Translations under genes and position numbers: made by a program
Shown: positions 38,102-47,873 of the stretch, one piece after another
Layout: the number at the start of each line of letters is the position of its first letter
How positions within the stretch are numbered: position 1 is the stretch's first letter
NCBI GenBank assembly: GCA_965205265.1
Contig: CBDBGH010000003.1
Coordinates: forward strand, 4,064,001 to 4,128,000
Source: Alphaproteobacteria bacterium
GTDB lineage: Bacteria > Pseudomonadota > Alphaproteobacteria > Bin95
Direction: 5' to 3'
DNA: 64,000 nt
The notes under the pieces: generated by a model
The model's input: the letters and a program-made list of their open reading frames with translations, nothing else
Databases searched by the model: none
Told to the model about the DNA's origin: nothing

Positions 38102-39688
38102 TCAGGAGCCGAACACGACTTTCGGCAGCCAGGTGGTGAGCTCCGGGACGGCCGCCACCACGCCGAGCGCCAGCACCTGGATTGCGACGAAGGGTGCCAC
38201 GCCCCTGTAGATCTGGACCGTCGTCACCTCGGGCGGCGCCACGCCGCGCAGGTAGAACAGCGCGAAGCCGAAGGGCGGCGTCAGGAACGAGGTCTGCAGG
38301 TTGAGCGCGATCATGATCCCGAGCCAGACCGGGTTCAGGTCCATCAGCAGCAGGATCGGCGCCACGATGGGCACGACGACGAAGGTGATCTCGATGAAGT
38401 CGAGCACGAAGCCCAGCAGGAACATAAGCGCCATGACGAAGAACATCGCGCCCACCACGCCGCCGGGCAGCGAGGTCAGGAACCCGTGCACGAGGTCGTC
38501 GCCGCCGAGCCCCCGGAAGACGGAGGAGAACAGCTGCGCGCCGATGACGATGCCGAACACCATGGCGCTGACCCGGGTCGTGCTGCGCATGACCTCGTGC
38601 AGGCCGCCGCTGCCGTAAACGCGCGCGAGAGAGACCCAGATGCCCCACGCCAGCGCGATGCAGCAGACGATGGCGACGAGGATGCCGGCCCCGTCCATCG
38701 CGGGAATGTCGTCCCGCGAGACCCGCAGATCCATCATGCCGGTCAGGAACAGCACGACCACCAGACCGATGGCGGCGGCATAGATCGGCCGGCCCTTGTC
38801 GGGGTCCAGCCTGAGTCCTCCCAGCAGCGTCGCGCCGATGGCGCCGACCGCGGCTGCTTCCGTCGGCGTCGCGATGCCGGCGAGGATGGAGCCCAGCACC
38901 GCGACGATCAGCACCACGGGCGCGACCAGCGCGCGGGCGACCTGCATGGCGATCTCGCGGTTCGTCCGGCCCTCGACCAGTTCGTCGCGCGGGATCGGCG
39001 GCGAGGATTCGGGCCGGAGCCACGCGATGAACATCTGGTAGAGGATATACATGCCGACCAGGGCGAGGCCGGGGAGCAGCGCGCCTGCGAACAGGTCGCC
39101 GACCGACACCGGGTCCGGGGCGAAATTGCCGAGCTTGCGCTGCGCCTCCTGGTAGGCGTCGGAGATCTGGTCGCCCAGCACGACGAGGACGAGCGAGGGC
39201 GGGATGATCTGGCCGAGCGTGCCGGAGGCGCAGATCGACCCGCAGGCGAGCGAGGCGCTGTAGCCGCGCCGGAGCATGGTCGGCAGCGAGAGCAGCCCCA
39301 TGGTCACGACGGTCGCGCCGACGATGCCGGTCGAGGCGGCGAGCAGCGCGCCGACCACGCAGACGGAAATGCCGAGGCCGCCGCGCATTGCGCCGAACAG
39401 CATGCCCATCGTGTCGAGCAGCTCCTCGGCGACCTTGGACCGCTCCAGCATGACGCCCATGAACACGAACAGCGGCACCGCGACCAGGATCTCGCTGATC
39501 ATGGCGTTGCCGTACACGCGGTTCGGGAAGATGCCGAGGAAGGCGAAATCGAACACGCCCAGCAGCGCGCTGATACCGGCGAAAAGCAGCGCGACGCCCG
39601 CGAGCGTGAAGGCGACGGGGAAGCCCGCCATCAGGAAGCCGCACACGCTGACAAACATGAAGCAGACGAGATATTCGTTGATCGTCAT
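38102..39688 (-). CDS. dctM: TRAP transporter large permease
   Basis: ASTGIVGA, TLGQIIPPS, NLQTSFLTPPFG. Confidence 0.92.
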   Translation of the reverse strand: MTINEYLVCFMFVSVCGFLMAGFPVAFTLAGVALLFAGISALLGVFDFAFLGIFPNRVYGNAMISEILVAVPLFVFMGVMLERSKVAEELLDTMGMLFGAMRGGLGISVCVVGALLAASTGIVGATVVTMGLLSLPTMLRRGYSASLACGSICASGTLGQIIPPSLVLVVLGDQISDAYQEAQRKLGNFAPDPVSVGDLFAGALLPGLALVGMYILYQMFIAWLRPESSPPIPRDELVEGRTNREIAMQVARALVAPVVLIVAVLGSILAGIATPTEAAAVGAIGATLLGGLRLDPDKGRPIYAAAIGLVVVLFLTGMMDLRVSRDDIPAMDGAGILVAIVCCIALAWGIWVSLARVYGSGGLHEVMRSTTRVSAMVFGIVIGAQLFSSVFRGLGGDDLVHGFLTSLPGGVVGAMFFVMALMFLLGFVLDFIEITFVVVPIVAPILLLMDLNPVWLGIMIALNLQTSFLTPPFGFALFYLRGVAPPEVTTVQIYRGVAPFVAIQVLALGVVAAVPELTTWLPKVVFGS

Positions 39689-40239
39689 ACGCCGGGCCCC
39701 CGGTCTTCGGCGGCCGCACCGGCCGGGCGTTCGAGGCCGCGCATGACGAACAGCGCATGCACGAGCATGGAAAACCCCTGCAGCGACAGCACGAACGGAA
39801 AGACGAGAAGCAGCGATTTCAGCAGCCAGAACGGCATGAAGGTGCCTTCGGGCGAGCCTTCCAGCACGCGCACGGAGGCGCCGACATAGGTGAGGCCCTT
39901 CCAGGTCATCACGGCGCAGAGCGGCCACAGGAAGACGAGCACGCCGATGAAGTCGATCAGCGCCTTGCGCTCCGGCGTGGCCGCTCCGTAGAAGATGTCC
40001 ACCCGGACATGGCCGTCATGCAGCAGCGTGTAGCCGGCGCCGACCAGGAACAGGATGGAGTGCATGAACAGCACGGATTCCTGCATCGGGATGAAACCGA
40101 GCCCGAACACATAGCGCAGCAGGACGACGGCGAATTGCATCAGCACCATGAAGAGGGCGAACCAGGACACGGCCCGGCCCAGATGCTCGTTCGCGGTATC
40201 GATCGCCCGGACGAATTGCTTCAATGCGCTCACCGGCAT
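39685..40239 (-). CDS. dctQ: TRAP transporter small permease
   Basis: LRYVF, HVRVDIFY. Confidence 0.9.
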   Translation of the reverse strand: MPVSALKQFVRAIDTANEHLGRAVSWFALFMVLMQFAVVLLRYVFGLGFIPMQESVLFMHSILFLVGAGYTLLHDGHVRVDIFYGAATPERKALIDFIGVLVFLWPLCAVMTWKGLTYVGASVRVLEGSPEGTFMPFWLLKSLLLVFPFVLSLQGFSMLVHALFVMRGLERPAGAAAEDRGPGV

Positions 40240-40334
40240 TCCCCGCTGGCTTCAGGGCAGGGGCAGACAGCCCGCGCCGGGGTGGCGCGGGCGTCTCGCC
40301 CGGCGCATGACGGCCTTGTCGGCCGCCCGGCGCC

Positions 40335-41429
40335 TTAACCGTAGTTGAACGGCAGGACCCGCGCGTTCATGTAGCCCTGCTCGCCGATCTTGGCCCAGTC
40401 TATGGCCTGTTTGCGATAGGCGATGAAGCTGTCATAGATGCGCTTGGTCATGTCGTCGGTGTTGCCGATGTCGCGCACGACTTCGCCGGCGACATTGCCG
40501 ATGGCGATCAGCATGTCCTCCGGATACTGGTGCAGTTGCACGCCGTGCTCGTTGAGAAGCTTGTTCAGCGACCCCAGGTTGCGGGCGTTGAACTCGGCGA
40601 ACTGGATGTAGGACTCCGCCTCGACCACCGTCGTCACCAGGGCCTGTTCCTCGGCGGTCAGGCTGTCCCACAGCGTCTTGTTCATCACGACGCTGGCGGA
40701 GGTGCCCGGCTCGTGGAAGCCCGGATAGAAGTAATGCTTGGTGATCTTGTGGAAGCCGAAGGCGAGGTCGTGCCAGGGGCCGACCCATTCGGCGGCGTCG
40801 ATGGCGCCCGATGCGAGCGACGGGTAGATCTCCGCCACCGGCAGGTTGACGACCGTGACGCCGAGCGCCCGCAGCACCTCGCCGCCGATGCCCGGCATGC
40901 GGAATTTCAGGCCCTTGAAGTCGTCGAGCTTCTGGATCGGCTCGCGGTACCAGCCGCCCATCTGCGTGCCGGTGCTGGAGCCCTGGAAGCCCTTGAGGTT
41001 GAAGCCGGCCGCGAGCTCGTCCCACAACTTCTGCCCGCCGCCGTATTTCATCCAGGCGGCGTGCTCGATGCCGGTCAGCCCGTAGGGCACGGCGGTGAAG
41101 AAGTTGAAGCCCTTGTGCTTGCCCTGCCAGTAGTATTCCGCCGAGTGATACATGTCGGCGTCGCCGGCGCTGACGGCGTCGAAGACGCCGAAGGCCGGCA
41201 CCAGCTCGCCGCCGCCATAGACCTTGACGGAGATCTTGCCGCCGGACAGCTGCGTGATACGCTGGGCGACCCGTTGCCCGGACGTGCCCAGGCCCGGCGA
41301 GTTGAGCGGCCAGGACATGGCCAGCTTCCATTCCTTGAGGCCCTGCGAGATGGCGGGGGCCGCCAGCGTCGATGCGGCGGCGGCGACACCGGCGGTCGCG
41401 GCACCCTGAACGAATTTACGGCGTTTCAT
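40335..41429 (-). CDS. dctP: TRAP substrate-binding protein, TakP (keto-acid)-like, Tat signal
   Basis: KRRKF, QMGGWY, GAIDAAEWVGP..D, YPGFHEPG. Confidence 0.9.
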   Translation of the reverse strand: MKRRKFVQGAATAGVAAAASTLAAPAISQGLKEWKLAMSWPLNSPGLGTSGQRVAQRITQLSGGKISVKVYGGGELVPAFGVFDAVSAGDADMYHSAEYYWQGKHKGFNFFTAVPYGLTGIEHAAWMKYGGGQKLWDELAAGFNLKGFQGSSTGTQMGGWYREPIQKLDDFKGLKFRMPGIGGEVLRALGVTVVNLPVAEIYPSLASGAIDAAEWVGPWHDLAFGFHKITKHYFYPGFHEPGTSASVVMNKTLWDSLTAEEQALVTTVVEAESYIQFAEFNARNLGSLNKLLNEHGVQLHQYPEDMLIAIGNVAGEVVRDIGNTDDMTKRIYDSFIAYRKQAIDWAKIGEQGYMNARVLPFNYG

Positions 41430-41660
41430 GGAGTGTCCTCGCTGTTGCGCCGCGAGCCTACCCCGGCCGAGCCGCCTGCCTCCGCTGCCGGAGCGCTGGC
41501 GGACCCGCACGGCTCGCAGCGTTCGGTCGCAAGAGCGTAAAACACCGTCCGGGGGGAATCAATTGCCATGGTCGCGCGCGGCCGCCCCGGAGGAGCCGCG
41601 CCGCGCAGGCCATGACACCGGCGGGACATGCGGGCTAATCTGGCGGAGCGCGAAGGAGCC

Positions 41661-42761
41661 ATGCCGCCCATGTCCGCCCAAGCATCCGCCGAGACGGCCG
41701 CCGAGCCTGCGGTCACGACAACCGCCCGGGCCGCGCCCGTGCTGGACCAGCACCGCTTTCCCGAAGACCGGCTCGCCGGCTTCATGGCGCGGGAGGTCGA
41801 GGGCTTCCGGCCGCCGCTCCGGGTCTCGCAGTTCCGGGGCGGCATGTCGAACCCGACCTTCCTCTTGGAGGACGGCGGCGGGCGGCGCTACGTCATGCGC
41901 AAGAAGCCGCCGGGCCTGCTGCTGCCGTCGGCCCATGCGGTGGACCGCGAATACCGGGTGATCTCGGCGCTCGCGGAGACAGAGGTGCCGGTGGCGCGCG
42001 CTCTCGCGCTCTGCGAGGACGAGGCGGTGATCGGCCGCGCCTTCTACATCATGGAGCATGTCGAGGGGCGGGTGGCGCGCAACCTCATGCTGCCGGACAT
42101 GGCGCCGCCCGAGCGCGCCGCCATCTACGACGCCATGAATGCGGCGCTGGCGGCGCTCCACAATGTCGATTTCCGTGTCGTCGGGCTGGAGGGCTACGGG
42201 CGCGAGGGCGGCTACATGGCCCGGCAGGTGCGCCGCTGGTCCGGCCAGTACGAGATGAGCAAGACCGACGAGATCCCGGAGATGGACAATCTCGCCGCCT
42301 GGCTCGGCGCGAACATGCCGGCGGACGACGAGACCACGGTGGTGCATGGCGACTACCGGCTGGAGAACACGATCCTCCACCCGACCGAGCCGCGCGTGCT
42401 GGCCGTGGTGGACTGGGAGCTCGGCACGCTCGGCAACCCGCTCTCGGACCTCGCCTACAACTGCCTGCCTTACCATTCGGGCGACGATCTGCGCGGTTTC
42501 CTCGGCGCCATGGACCATGCGGAGACCGGCATCCCCTCCGAGGAGGACTATGTCGCCGCCTATTGCGCGCGCACCGGGCGCGGCGGCATCCCCGACTGGC
42601 CCTTCTACCTCGCCTTCTCCCTCTTCCGCCTCGCCGCCATCAGCCAGGGGGTCTACAAGCGCGGCCTCGACGGCAACGCCAGCTCCCCCGACGCCGTCCA
42701 GCGCGGCGCCAAGGCCCGGCAGCTGGCGGAGACGGGCTGGGCGATCGCGCAGCGGGGGTGA
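41661..42761 (+). CDS. Phosphotransferase family protein (ACAD10/11 kinase-domain-like)
   Basis: GGMSNPT, RKKPPG..LPSAHAVDREYR, HGDYRLEN, DWEL. Confidence 0.9.
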   Translation: MPPMSAQASAETAAEPAVTTTARAAPVLDQHRFPEDRLAGFMAREVEGFRPPLRVSQFRGGMSNPTFLLEDGGGRRYVMRKKPPGLLLPSAHAVDREYRVISALAETEVPVARALALCEDEAVIGRAFYIMEHVEGRVARNLMLPDMAPPERAAIYDAMNAALAALHNVDFRVVGLEGYGREGGYMARQVRRWSGQYEMSKTDEIPEMDNLAAWLGANMPADDETTVVHGDYRLENTILHPTEPRVLAVVDWELGTLGNPLSDLAYNCLPYHSGDDLRGFLGAMDHAETGIPSEEDYVAAYCARTGRGGIPDWPFYLAFSLFRLAAISQGVYKRGLDGNASSPDAVQRGAKARQLAETGWAIAQRG

Positions 42762-42970
42762 GGGGCGGCCTTGCCGGAGACGGCAGGCGAAGCCCGGCGG
42801 AGCCCCGGTGTTCCGCCCCAGATCGTTATGCTCCGACTTGTTCCATTGCTATCCGGCTGACGCCTTTTCTCGTCGCCCCGGCCGAAGAGGGCGTGACGAG
42901 CAGGGAGTGTCCGGGTATGACGGAAGGGGCCGGGGCGGCGATTGCAGGAACGAATGAGGCAGGCAAGGCG

Positions 42971-43129
42971 ATGACGAAGCTTGAGGACCTGAAGGCCCGT
43001 TTCATGGAGGACCCGGAGTTCCGCAGGGAATATGCGCAGGCCGACGAGGAATATACGCTGGTCGAGACCAAGTGCGACCAGCCTTCGCCACGCTGCGCCG
43101 CTACGCCGAAGCGGCTGGCACGAGGCTGA
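42971..43129 (+). pseudogene. Truncated HigA/XRE-type antitoxin N-terminus
   Basis: MTKLEDLKARFMEDPEFRREY...EEY; similarity ends before an HTH. Confidence 0.55.
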
Positions 43130-43180
43130 TGGCGAGTCTTGAGAGGGTCGCCGGCTGAGGCGCCGGAGCGGCATCCGCCT

Positions 43181-45280
43181 TCAATTGTCTCTCGCCTCTC
43201 CTTTCCGCACATAAAGCGTGCGTGTATCGGGGCGCCTGAATGTGTGCCAGCCCTTGTCCCTCTCCCCGAAAAGTTCCGTCATCGTGCCTTGGACAAGCCA
43301 GTAGGCCTTGTCTTTCCGGTCATCGAGCGTCTCCGGGAGCGCTTCTGCTATCGCCCCGACCAGATAACCCCATGCAACGCCGTCGCCCTCCAGCCGTTTC
43401 ATGATGCTTCGGTGTTCCCTCACGGCCTCCACGGCACGCTGCCGATAGTGAACTTCAAGATCCGGGCGATCCCCGTTACCGCTATCGTCGCCGGCGTCCG
43501 GTGCATTACCGGGCTGTGGTTCGCCGTCTTCTCCTCCGCCTATCCTCGTAGCCTTCCGCAGCGTTCCGGCGAATGTCGGCACCGGGCCCCGGGAGTGGTC
43601 GGGATCGGCCGGGCTGTAGCGCTCCTCGAATGACAGGGCGCGCATGGGCACCGGATAGGGCCTGCCGCCGACCGAGCTCCAGAACACGCCCTGGCCCACT
43701 ATCGGCTCGTTCAGCAGGGAGCTGAGAAGGTCGTCGCTGAAATGCGCGTTCGCCCGTTTCGCGCTTGCAAGGTCGCCGGCGGAAAGCAGGTGGAAAAGGA
43801 ACCAGTTGTCGCCCTGGCTCAATATCTCGTTCGGGATCGAGCCGGGCTGCTGGGTTATCAATAGCGCCCCAAGGTCGTATTTGCGCCCCTCCTTGACCCA
43901 CGCGATATAGGGCTCGGCCGCGGTCGAGCGGTTATTGAGAACCGATTGCGCCTCCTCGATCACCGCAATTGTGGGGATGGTGCGCGGCTCGGCCTTTGTG
44001 AACTCTTCCTGGTTGCGGTCGAATATCCGCCTGAGGACGATGCCCGCCAGGATGAAGGACTGCTCGCCGCGCATCTGCGAGACATCGACGACGCAGATTT
44101 TCCCCGCCTTGAGCGCCTTCATCAGGAGCCCCATGAATTGGCTGCTCCTGTCATGCAGCATGCCCACCACCCTCGCCATGTTGGACCGGGCCGCGATGGC
44201 TTCGACCTCCTGATTGGGCATGGTCAGGTTCAGGATTTCGCCGATCTCGTTCGGGTCGGCCCCGCCCTTGTCGCGGTCGATGAGATCGACCAGGCGCGTC
44301 CACCTTTCCCCGGACAGCGCCCGCAGCTTGGCGACGTTCTGCTGGTCCTGCCGTTCGGGCGGCAGGGCAATGGAAATGACGTCGGCCGGGCGCAATTGCC
44401 GGATATCGAGCTTGATGCCGCCGGCGACAAACGACCCATAATAGCCGCTCTCGGTCGAGCGCTCGGTGAAGACGACGAGCCTGTCCTGGAGGTGTGGCAC
44501 ATCGCAGAGGCCGGGCCTGCCCTTGTCGTCCGGCCAGAAATACTCGCCGTCGGGGTCGAAGATCACCGTGCCTACGGGGACCCGGCGCCCGCCGCGCTTC
44601 TCGACCGTGGGCGTTTCCTCGTAGAGCATGCTGAAAAGCAGCTTGTTCAGGTTCGACTTGCCGAAGCCTGCGCGGGCGAAAATGAAGCTGCGCCGGGACA
44701 CCAGGCTCGATATGGGGAAGCGGACCTCGATTTCCGGCGATTCGACGCGCATCCAGTCGTCCGCCGGCCTGTCCGGCGCATCGCCCGTATAGATATACTC
44801 GCCGAGCGCGAAATGGCCAATCGCCGCGCCGTCGTCATGATGCCCGCACACTTCCCGCAGCACCTCGCCGGAAGGGAACGCCACGGGGCTGCCGACATGC
44901 GGAAGGCGCCGGTGCGACGGCACGAAGACCGGGCGGCCGCCGCCGCTGTTCCGCAACACGCCGAGCACGCGGATATGCAGCCGGTACCTCAGATATTGCT
45001 CCCTGATATCCTCCGGAACCGGGCGCGCTTCCTGGACCGCGCGTATGTTGTATTCCTCGCCCGTGCCGAAGGACAGCTTGCCCTCCGAAGAGAAGGACGC
45101 GATGCGGCCCAATACCGCCTCGTCCGGCGTTTCGAGCTGGACAAGCACGAACTGGCCGTGCATCGGGCCGCGCTGAAGGTCGTTGCGGTAAGGCACCACC
45201 AGGTCGGCCTGAAACTCCAGCCCGCCCTCTCGGAAGCCGCGAAAGACCCCGGCGACCTGCTGCTCCGGAAACAACTCCAT
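43181..45280 (-). CDS. HerA/FtsK-family ATPase (DUF87)
   Basis: N-terminal HAS-barrel-like region; Walker A ARAGFGKS; FDPDGEY; Walker B IEEAQ; EGRKY...ITQQP. Confidence 0.88.
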   Translation of the reverse strand: MELFPEQQVAGVFRGFREGGLEFQADLVVPYRNDLQRGPMHGQFVLVQLETPDEAVLGRIASFSSEGKLSFGTGEEYNIRAVQEARPVPEDIREQYLRYRLHIRVLGVLRNSGGGRPVFVPSHRRLPHVGSPVAFPSGEVLREVCGHHDDGAAIGHFALGEYIYTGDAPDRPADDWMRVESPEIEVRFPISSLVSRRSFIFARAGFGKSNLNKLLFSMLYEETPTVEKRGGRRVPVGTVIFDPDGEYFWPDDKGRPGLCDVPHLQDRLVVFTERSTESGYYGSFVAGGIKLDIRQLRPADVISIALPPERQDQQNVAKLRALSGERWTRLVDLIDRDKGGADPNEIGEILNLTMPNQEVEAIAARSNMARVVGMLHDRSSQFMGLLMKALKAGKICVVDVSQMRGEQSFILAGIVLRRIFDRNQEEFTKAEPRTIPTIAVIEEAQSVLNNRSTAAEPYIAWVKEGRKYDLGALLITQQPGSIPNEILSQGDNWFLFHLLSAGDLASAKRANAHFSDDLLSSLLNEPIVGQGVFWSSVGGRPYPVPMRALSFEERYSPADPDHSRGPVPTFAGTLRKATRIGGGEDGEPQPGNAPDAGDDSGNGDRPDLEVHYRQRAVEAVREHRSIMKRLEGDGVAWGYLVGAIAEALPETLDDRKDKAYWLVQGTMTELFGERDKGWHTFRRPDTRTLYVRKGEARDN

Positions 45281-45297
45281 GATTATCCTTCCGGCTG

Positions 45298-46434
45298 TTA
45301 CCGGCGCGACACCGGGTCGGCGTCCTGCAATTGAATCACATCGAGTGCCGGCGCCTCGGCTCCCAGCGCCTGGCGCAGGCCGGCGAAAACCATGTCTTGC
45401 AGAATGTCCATGTCGAAACCCGCGAGCGCCGCATTTTCATGCGCCTTTTGCAGCGACCGGGGATAGAACGGCACCGGGAAGCCGTCCATCGCGTCGTCCA
45501 GCAGGGTGCCGAAAACCCTCGAATGGTCGGAGGATTGCGGCAGGAATATATCGACCGGCCATATCGGATCGTGCGGGCTGTTGCCGAATTTGACGAAAAA
45601 CATCTTCCCGGCAACGAACCTGTTGATCTCGCCGCCAGCGCCCAGATTGTCGTCTCCCCTGGCATAGTCGGTCCAGATATATGCCTGCTCCTCCAGCGCC
45701 CGCGGGATTTCCAGGTAACAGGGAAAGGACGACTGCATCACCTTTTCCAGCGCCATGGCGAGGCGGTACCGGTCGAGGACCTTGCTGCGCTTGGCGACGC
45801 CGACGAGATAGATGCGGCGCCTGTAGGCCTCGAATTGGCGCTCGATGCCTTCCTGGAGTCCTTCGCGGTATTTCCGGAACAGGTCCCCCGCGAAGGCATA
45901 GCTGCGCAGGAACCCGTCGAACACGATCAGCGTGTCGGTGGCGAAGTCCTTTTCCCGGACGATGGCGAAGAGCGTCGCCCATTCGACCAATTCGCGATAG
46001 ACCTCAACCCAGCGCGGCGAATTCGGCCTGCCGGAGCCGACCGGGCGAATCATGTGGCTGAGTTCGGACAGGTTCCCGACGCCGAGATATTGCATCATCC
46101 GCCCGAGCGCCGTCGGTCCTTCCGGGCCGGAAAACTGGCCGGCGGACAGGCCGGCGACGCTCATGGTCGGCGAAACCGCCTCCAAGCAATGCTCATTGTT
46201 GGCGCTATCGACGACGCGGACGAGTTGAACGAGAAAGGGATCGAAACGGAGCTGGTTGTTGCCGCCGTCCGCTGCGACGATCGAGACCGATGCCGCGGTT
46301 CGCGGGAAAATCCGCACTATCCGGGAAGCCAGCGGCCGCACATCGGCACGCAGCCGGTCGAGAACCGCGCAGTCTTCACCGATCTGGCGGGCGATCCCGT
46401 CCCGCAAGGCGCTTTGGCTGGCAGGCTCCAGCAT
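45298..46434 (-). CDS. NurA-like nuclease
   Basis: AADGG, E..EW, IVFDG.L, LVGVAK.S, FYP.SL..AH; directly upstream of HerA. Confidence 0.75.
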   Translation of the reverse strand: MLEPASQSALRDGIARQIGEDCAVLDRLRADVRPLASRIVRIFPRTAASVSIVAADGGNNQLRFDPFLVQLVRVVDSANNEHCLEAVSPTMSVAGLSAGQFSGPEGPTALGRMMQYLGVGNLSELSHMIRPVGSGRPNSPRWVEVYRELVEWATLFAIVREKDFATDTLIVFDGFLRSYAFAGDLFRKYREGLQEGIERQFEAYRRRIYLVGVAKRSKVLDRYRLAMALEKVMQSSFPCYLEIPRALEEQAYIWTDYARGDDNLGAGGEINRFVAGKMFFVKFGNSPHDPIWPVDIFLPQSSDHSRVFGTLLDDAMDGFPVPFYPRSLQKAHENAALAGFDMDILQDMVFAGLRQALGAEAPALDVIQLQDADPVSRR

Positions 46435-46556
46435 TTCCCCGATATGCCGCTTTGTTTCTTCCCCCTAGAGTTCGCAGCATACCAAGGAAAGGCGCGGGAT
46501 CAAAAACGCGGCTCCGGTCTTCGGTCCTGCCGCTGATTGGGGAACGGGGGCGGCCG

Positions 46557-46622
46557 CTACCGTCGGGCGGCCTTGCGCCTGCGGTAGAGGCGGGCGAAGC
46601 GGCGGCCGCGCTCCAGGCCGCT
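46557..46622 (-). pseudogene. 3' remnant of a second copy of the HTH gene at 25506-25964
   Basis: SGLERGRRFARLYRRRKAARR* versus HGLERDRRLARLHARGQG; DNA alignable with 25530-25578. Confidence 0.6.
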
Positions 46623-46629
46623 CTTCCGT

Positions 46630-47823
46630 TCAGATCACCCCTTCTTCCCTGAGCCGCGCGGCGGTATTGCTATCGATGCCGCAATGCTCCGCCAGCACCT
46701 CTTCGGAATGCTCGCCCAGCGTCGGCGGGCGGCGGATGTCGGCGGGGGAGGCGGAGAGCTTGATCGGGCAGCCGACCGTCTTGTAGGCCCCGCGGCCGGG
46801 GTAATCGACTTCCACGATCATCTCCCGCTCGCGCAGATGCGGGTCGGCCAGCACCTCGCCCGTGTCCTGGCAGGCCCCGCAGGGCACCCCGGCGGCGCCG
46901 AGCAGCTTCATCACCTCGAACTTGGTCCGCTGGCGAGTCCAGCTTTCCACCAGCGCATTGTATTCCTCGCGGTGCTCCCAGCGGCCCTGGGGCGTCTCGA
47001 AGCGCGGGTCGTCGAGCTCCGGTATGTCCACGACGCGCCGGAAGCCCTCATACATCTGCGGCTGGCAGAAGATATAGACATAGTCGTTCGGGCCGCCCGG
47101 CGCGCAGGGATAGGTGGTGCCGGGCACGGTCTGGCCGAGCTGGTTGCCGCGCCGGGGCTGCACCATGCCCTGGCGCTGGTGGTCGCGCAGGCTGACGCGC
47201 AATATGTTGACCACCGCCTCCTGCATCGCGACCTCGACCTTCTGGCCCCGGCCCGTGGCGTGGCGCTGCTGGAGCGCGGCGAGCAGGCCGATGGCGAGAT
47301 GCATGCCGGTGCCCGAATCGCCGATGGCGGGCCAGGTGTAGGTCGGCGGGTTCTCCGGGAAGCCGGTGACGCTCATCGCCCCGCCCATGGCCTGGGCGAT
47401 GGGCTCGAACGCCTTGTAGCCGGAATTGGGCCCGTAGCTGCCGAAGCCCTTGATGGTGCCGTAGATGAGGCGGGGATTGATCTCCGAGAGCACGTCGTAG
47501 CCGAGGCCGAGCCGGTCGAGCGCGCCCGGCGAGAAGTTCTCGACCAGCATGTCCACCTCGGCGATCAGCTTTTTGAACAGCGCCTTGCCGTCCTCCGTCT
47601 TGAGGTTCAGCGTCAGGCTCTTCTTGTTGGCGTTCAGCACCAGGAAGAACAGCCCGTCCTGGCCCGGAATGTCCGGCATCGCCCGGCGGGCGGCCTCGCC
47701 CCGTCCCGGCTCCTCCAGCTTGATGACCTCGGCGCCGAGCCACGCCAGCACCTGCGTGCAGGCGGGGCCCGCCTGGTTGTGGGTCATGTCGATGATTCTG
47801 ACGCCGTTCAGGGCCGCGCTCAT
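46630..47823 (-). CDS. CaiB/BaiF (formyl-CoA transferase-like) CoA transferase
   Basis: HNQAGP, N.NKKS.TLNLK, ENFSPG, IGDSGTG. Confidence 0.92.
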   Translation of the reverse strand: MSAALNGVRIIDMTHNQAGPACTQVLAWLGAEVIKLEEPGRGEAARRAMPDIPGQDGLFFLVLNANKKSLTLNLKTEDGKALFKKLIAEVDMLVENFSPGALDRLGLGYDVLSEINPRLIYGTIKGFGSYGPNSGYKAFEPIAQAMGGAMSVTGFPENPPTYTWPAIGDSGTGMHLAIGLLAALQQRHATGRGQKVEVAMQEAVVNILRVSLRDHQRQGMVQPRRGNQLGQTVPGTTYPCAPGGPNDYVYIFCQPQMYEGFRRVVDIPELDDPRFETPQGRWEHREEYNALVESWTRQRTKFEVMKLLGAAGVPCGACQDTGEVLADPHLREREMIVEVDYPGRGAYKTVGCPIKLSASPADIRRPPTLGEHSEEVLAEHCGIDSNTAARLREEGVI

Positions 47824-47873
47824 GGGCACCGCTCCTCCTTGTCCTTGCCGCCGGGCCGGCTATGCTCGCCGCC

